From Eledone cirrhosa (Eukaryota), in the NCBI GenBank assembly GCA_964016885.1, contig OZ024740.1, positions 13,454,001 through 13,518,000 on the forward strand: a DNA stretch of 64,000 nucleotides, written 5' to 3'. The notes beneath the pieces are model-generated. The model worked only from the letters and a program-made list of their open reading frames with translations, was not told the origin of the DNA and ran no database searches. Positions 61,831-64,000 of this stretch are shown in pieces. How positions within the stretch are numbered: position 1 is the stretch's first letter; every line of letters begins with the position of its first letter. The position numbers and the translations under genes are program-made.

Positions 61831-64000
61831 ACTTCTTCTGATAGTCAGACTGGTTTTCTGGTAGTCAGAATGGTTCTGGTAGTCAGAATGGTGTTCTGGT
61901 AGTCGGACTGGTGTTCTGGTAGTCAGAATGGTGTTCTGGTAGTCAGACTGGAGTTTTGGTATTCAGACTGGTGTTCTGGTAGTCAGATTGGTGTTCTGGT
62001 AGTCAGAATGGTTCTGGTAGTCAGAATGGTGTTCTGGTAGTGAGAATGGTTCTGGTAGTCAGAATGGTTCTGGTAGTCAGAATGGTGTTCTGGTAGTCAG
62101 CCTGATGTTCTGGTCGACAGACTGGTGTTCTGGTAGTCAGACTGGTGTTCTGGTAGTCAGCCTGATGTTCTGGTAGACAGACTGGTGTTCTGGTAGTCAT
62201 AATTGTGTTCTGGTAGTCAGAATGGTGTTCTAGTAGTCAGAATGGTGTTCTGGTAGTCAGAATGGTGTTCTGGTAGTCAGAATCGTGTTCTGGTAGTCAG
62301 AATGGTGTTCTGGTAGTCAGAATGGTGTTCTGGTAGTCAGAATGGTGTTCTGGTAGTCAGACTGATGTTCTGGTAGTCAGAATGGTGTTCTGTTAGTCAG
62401 AATGGTGTTCTGGTAGTCAGAATGATGTTCTGGTAGTCAAAATGGTGTTCTGGTAGTCAGAATGGTGTTCTGGTAGTCAGAATGGTGTTCTGGTAGTCAA
62501 AATGGTGTTCTGGTAGTCAGAATGGTGTTCTGATAGTCAAAATGGTGTTCTGGTAGTCAAAATGGTGTTCTGGTAGTCAGAATGGTGTTCTGGTAGTCAG
62601 AATGGTGTTTTGGTAGTCAGAATGGTGTTCTGGTAGTCAAAATGGTGTTCTGGTAGTCAAAATGGTGTTCTGGTAGTCAGACTGGTGTTCTGGTAGTCAG
62701 ACTGGTGTTCTAGTAGTCATTATGGTGTTCTGGTAGTCAGAATGGTGTTCTGGTAGTCAGAATGGTGTTCTGGTAATCAGAATGGTGTTCTGGTAGTCAA
62801 AATGGTGTTCTGGTAGTCAAAATGGTGTTCTGGTAGTCAGAATGGTGTTCTGGTAGTCAGGCTGATGTTCTGGTCGACAGACTGGTGTTCTGGTAGTCAG
62901 ACTGGTGTTCTGGTAGTCAGCCTGATGTTCTGGTAGACAGACTGGTGTTCTGGTAGTCAGCCTGATGTTCTGGTAGTCATATTGGTGTTCTGGTAGTCAG
63001 CCTGATGTTCTGGTAGTCAGAATGGTGTTCTGGTAGTCAGACTGATGTTCTGGTAGTCAGAATTGTGTTCTGGCAGTCAGAATGGTGTTCTATTAGTCAG
63101 AATGGTGTTCTGGTAGTCAGAATGGTGTTCTGGTAGTCAGAATGTTGTTCTGGTAGTCAGAATCGTGTTCTGGTAGTCAGAATGGTGTTCTGGTAGTCAG
63201 AATGGTGTTCTGGTAGTCAGAATGGTATTCTGGTAGTGAGACTGATGTTCTGGTAGTCAGAATGGTGTTCTGGTAGTCCGAATAGTGTCCTGGTAGTCAG
63301 ACTGGTGTTCTGGTAGTCAGACTAGTGTTCTGGTAGTCAGAATGGTGTTCTGGTAGTCAGAATGTTGTTCTGGTAGTCAGACTGGTGTTCTATTAGCCAG
63401 AATGGTGTTCTGGTAGTCAGCCTGATGTTCTGGTAGTCAGAATGTTATTCTGGTAGTCAGACTGGTGTTCTGGTAGTCAGACTGGTGTTCTGGTAGTCAG
63501 AATGGTGTTCTGGTAGTCATAATTGTGTTCTGGTCGTCAGAATGGTGTTCTAGTAGTCAGAATGGTGTTCTGCTAGTCAGAATGTTGTTCTGGTAGTCAG
63601 AATGGTGTTCTGGTAGTCAGAATCGTGTTCTGGTAGTCAGAATGGTGTTCTGGTAGTCAGAATGGTGTTCTGGTAGTCAGAATGGTGTTCTGGTAGTCAG
63701 AATGGTGTTCTGGTAGTCAGACTGATATTCTGGTAGTCAGAATGGTGTTCTGTTAGTCAGAATGGTGTTCTGGTAGTCAGAATGATGTTCTGGTAGTCAA
63801 AATGGTGTTCTGGTAGTCAGAATGGTGTTCTGGTAGTCAGAATGGTGTTCTGGTAGTCAAAATGGTGTTCTGGTAGTCAGAATGGTGTTCTGATAGTCAA
63901 AATGGTGTTCTGGTAGTCAAAATGGTGTTCTGGTAGTCAGAATGGTGTTCTGGTAGTCAGAATGGTGTTTTGGTAGTCAGAATGGTGTTCTGGTAGTCAA
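61831..64000. repeat. Domain B3 (partial): starts with a copy of the start of B2
   Basis: ACTTCTTCTGATAG at 61831 matches 44421, GTCGAC at 62113 matches 44685, and TCATTATGG near 62720 matches ~45290. Confidence 0.75.

Larger units (their letters stand above)
1..64000. repeat. 20-bp monomer tandem satellite array, consensus GGTAGTCAGA(A/C)TGGTGTTCT, ~3,200 head-to-tail copies, extending beyond both window ends
   Basis: Every line is made of this unit or a close variant. Column register is held over kilobases. No unique sequence or inverted segment was seen. Confidence 0.99.

Noticed and set aside
1-64000. CRISPR-like array (constant 13 bp plus variable 7 bp)
   Set aside because: The variable parts are point variants of one sequence reused hundreds of times, not unique spacers. 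The sizes are wrong, and there is no leader or cas gene.
1-64000. Repetitive protein-coding ORF on either strand
   Set aside because: TAG (+) and TGA (-) occur in nearly every monomer, and the 20-bp period cycles them through all three frames, giving a stop about every 60 bp.
1-64000. Telomerase-made long telomeric repeat (G/T-rich strand, TGGTGT core reminiscent of budding-yeast repeats)
   Set aside because: A length of at least 64 kb and ordered variants copied in kilobase blocks indicate recombination or replication-based amplification, not templated addition. The monomer matches no telomere repeat I recognise. A subtelomeric location is not excluded.
1-64000. Heat-shock element or STAT site arrays from GAA/TTC motifs
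   Set aside because: Consensus spacing is GAA-N5-TTC and TTC-N9-GAA. This fits neither contiguous nGAAn inverted arrays nor TTC-N3-GAA.
1-64000. SMAD (CAGAC) and AP-1-like (TGACT) motifs in the monomer
   Set aside because: Five-base matches are expected by chance and there is no supporting context.
1-64000. G-quadruplex-forming array
   Set aside because: The consensus has only GG doublets. Longer G runs occur only in isolated variant monomers.
1-64000. Synthetic concatemer or sequencing artefact
   Set aside because: Linked variants inherited hierarchically across distant copies, with private SNPs on top, fit natural satellite evolution. Individual near-identical duplications could still be assembly errors.

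Overview
The whole 64-kb window is one uninterrupted, single-orientation tandem array of a 20-bp monomer, consensus GGTAGTCAGA(A/C)TGGTGTTCT, with roughly 3,200 copies. This is most consistent with a eukaryotic satellite DNA block (centromeric, pericentromeric or subtelomeric heterochromatin; I cannot name the family or organism). No genes, RNA genes, transposon insertions or CRISPR spacers are supportable: the monomer carries TAG on + and TGA on -, and a 20-bp period puts a stop in every frame about every 60 bp. The information lies in the order of monomer variants, which shows nested structure: 2-3-mer runs, 19-21-mer duplications, a ~2.1-3.1 kb higher-order repeat (HOR) tagged by a 21-bp marker monomer, 1.2-4.9 kb duplications, and 17-29 kb macro-repeats of alternating homogeneous (A) and divergent (B) domains. 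I found no protein-coding or defence system. Coordinates and counts were read by eye, so boundaries are approximate.
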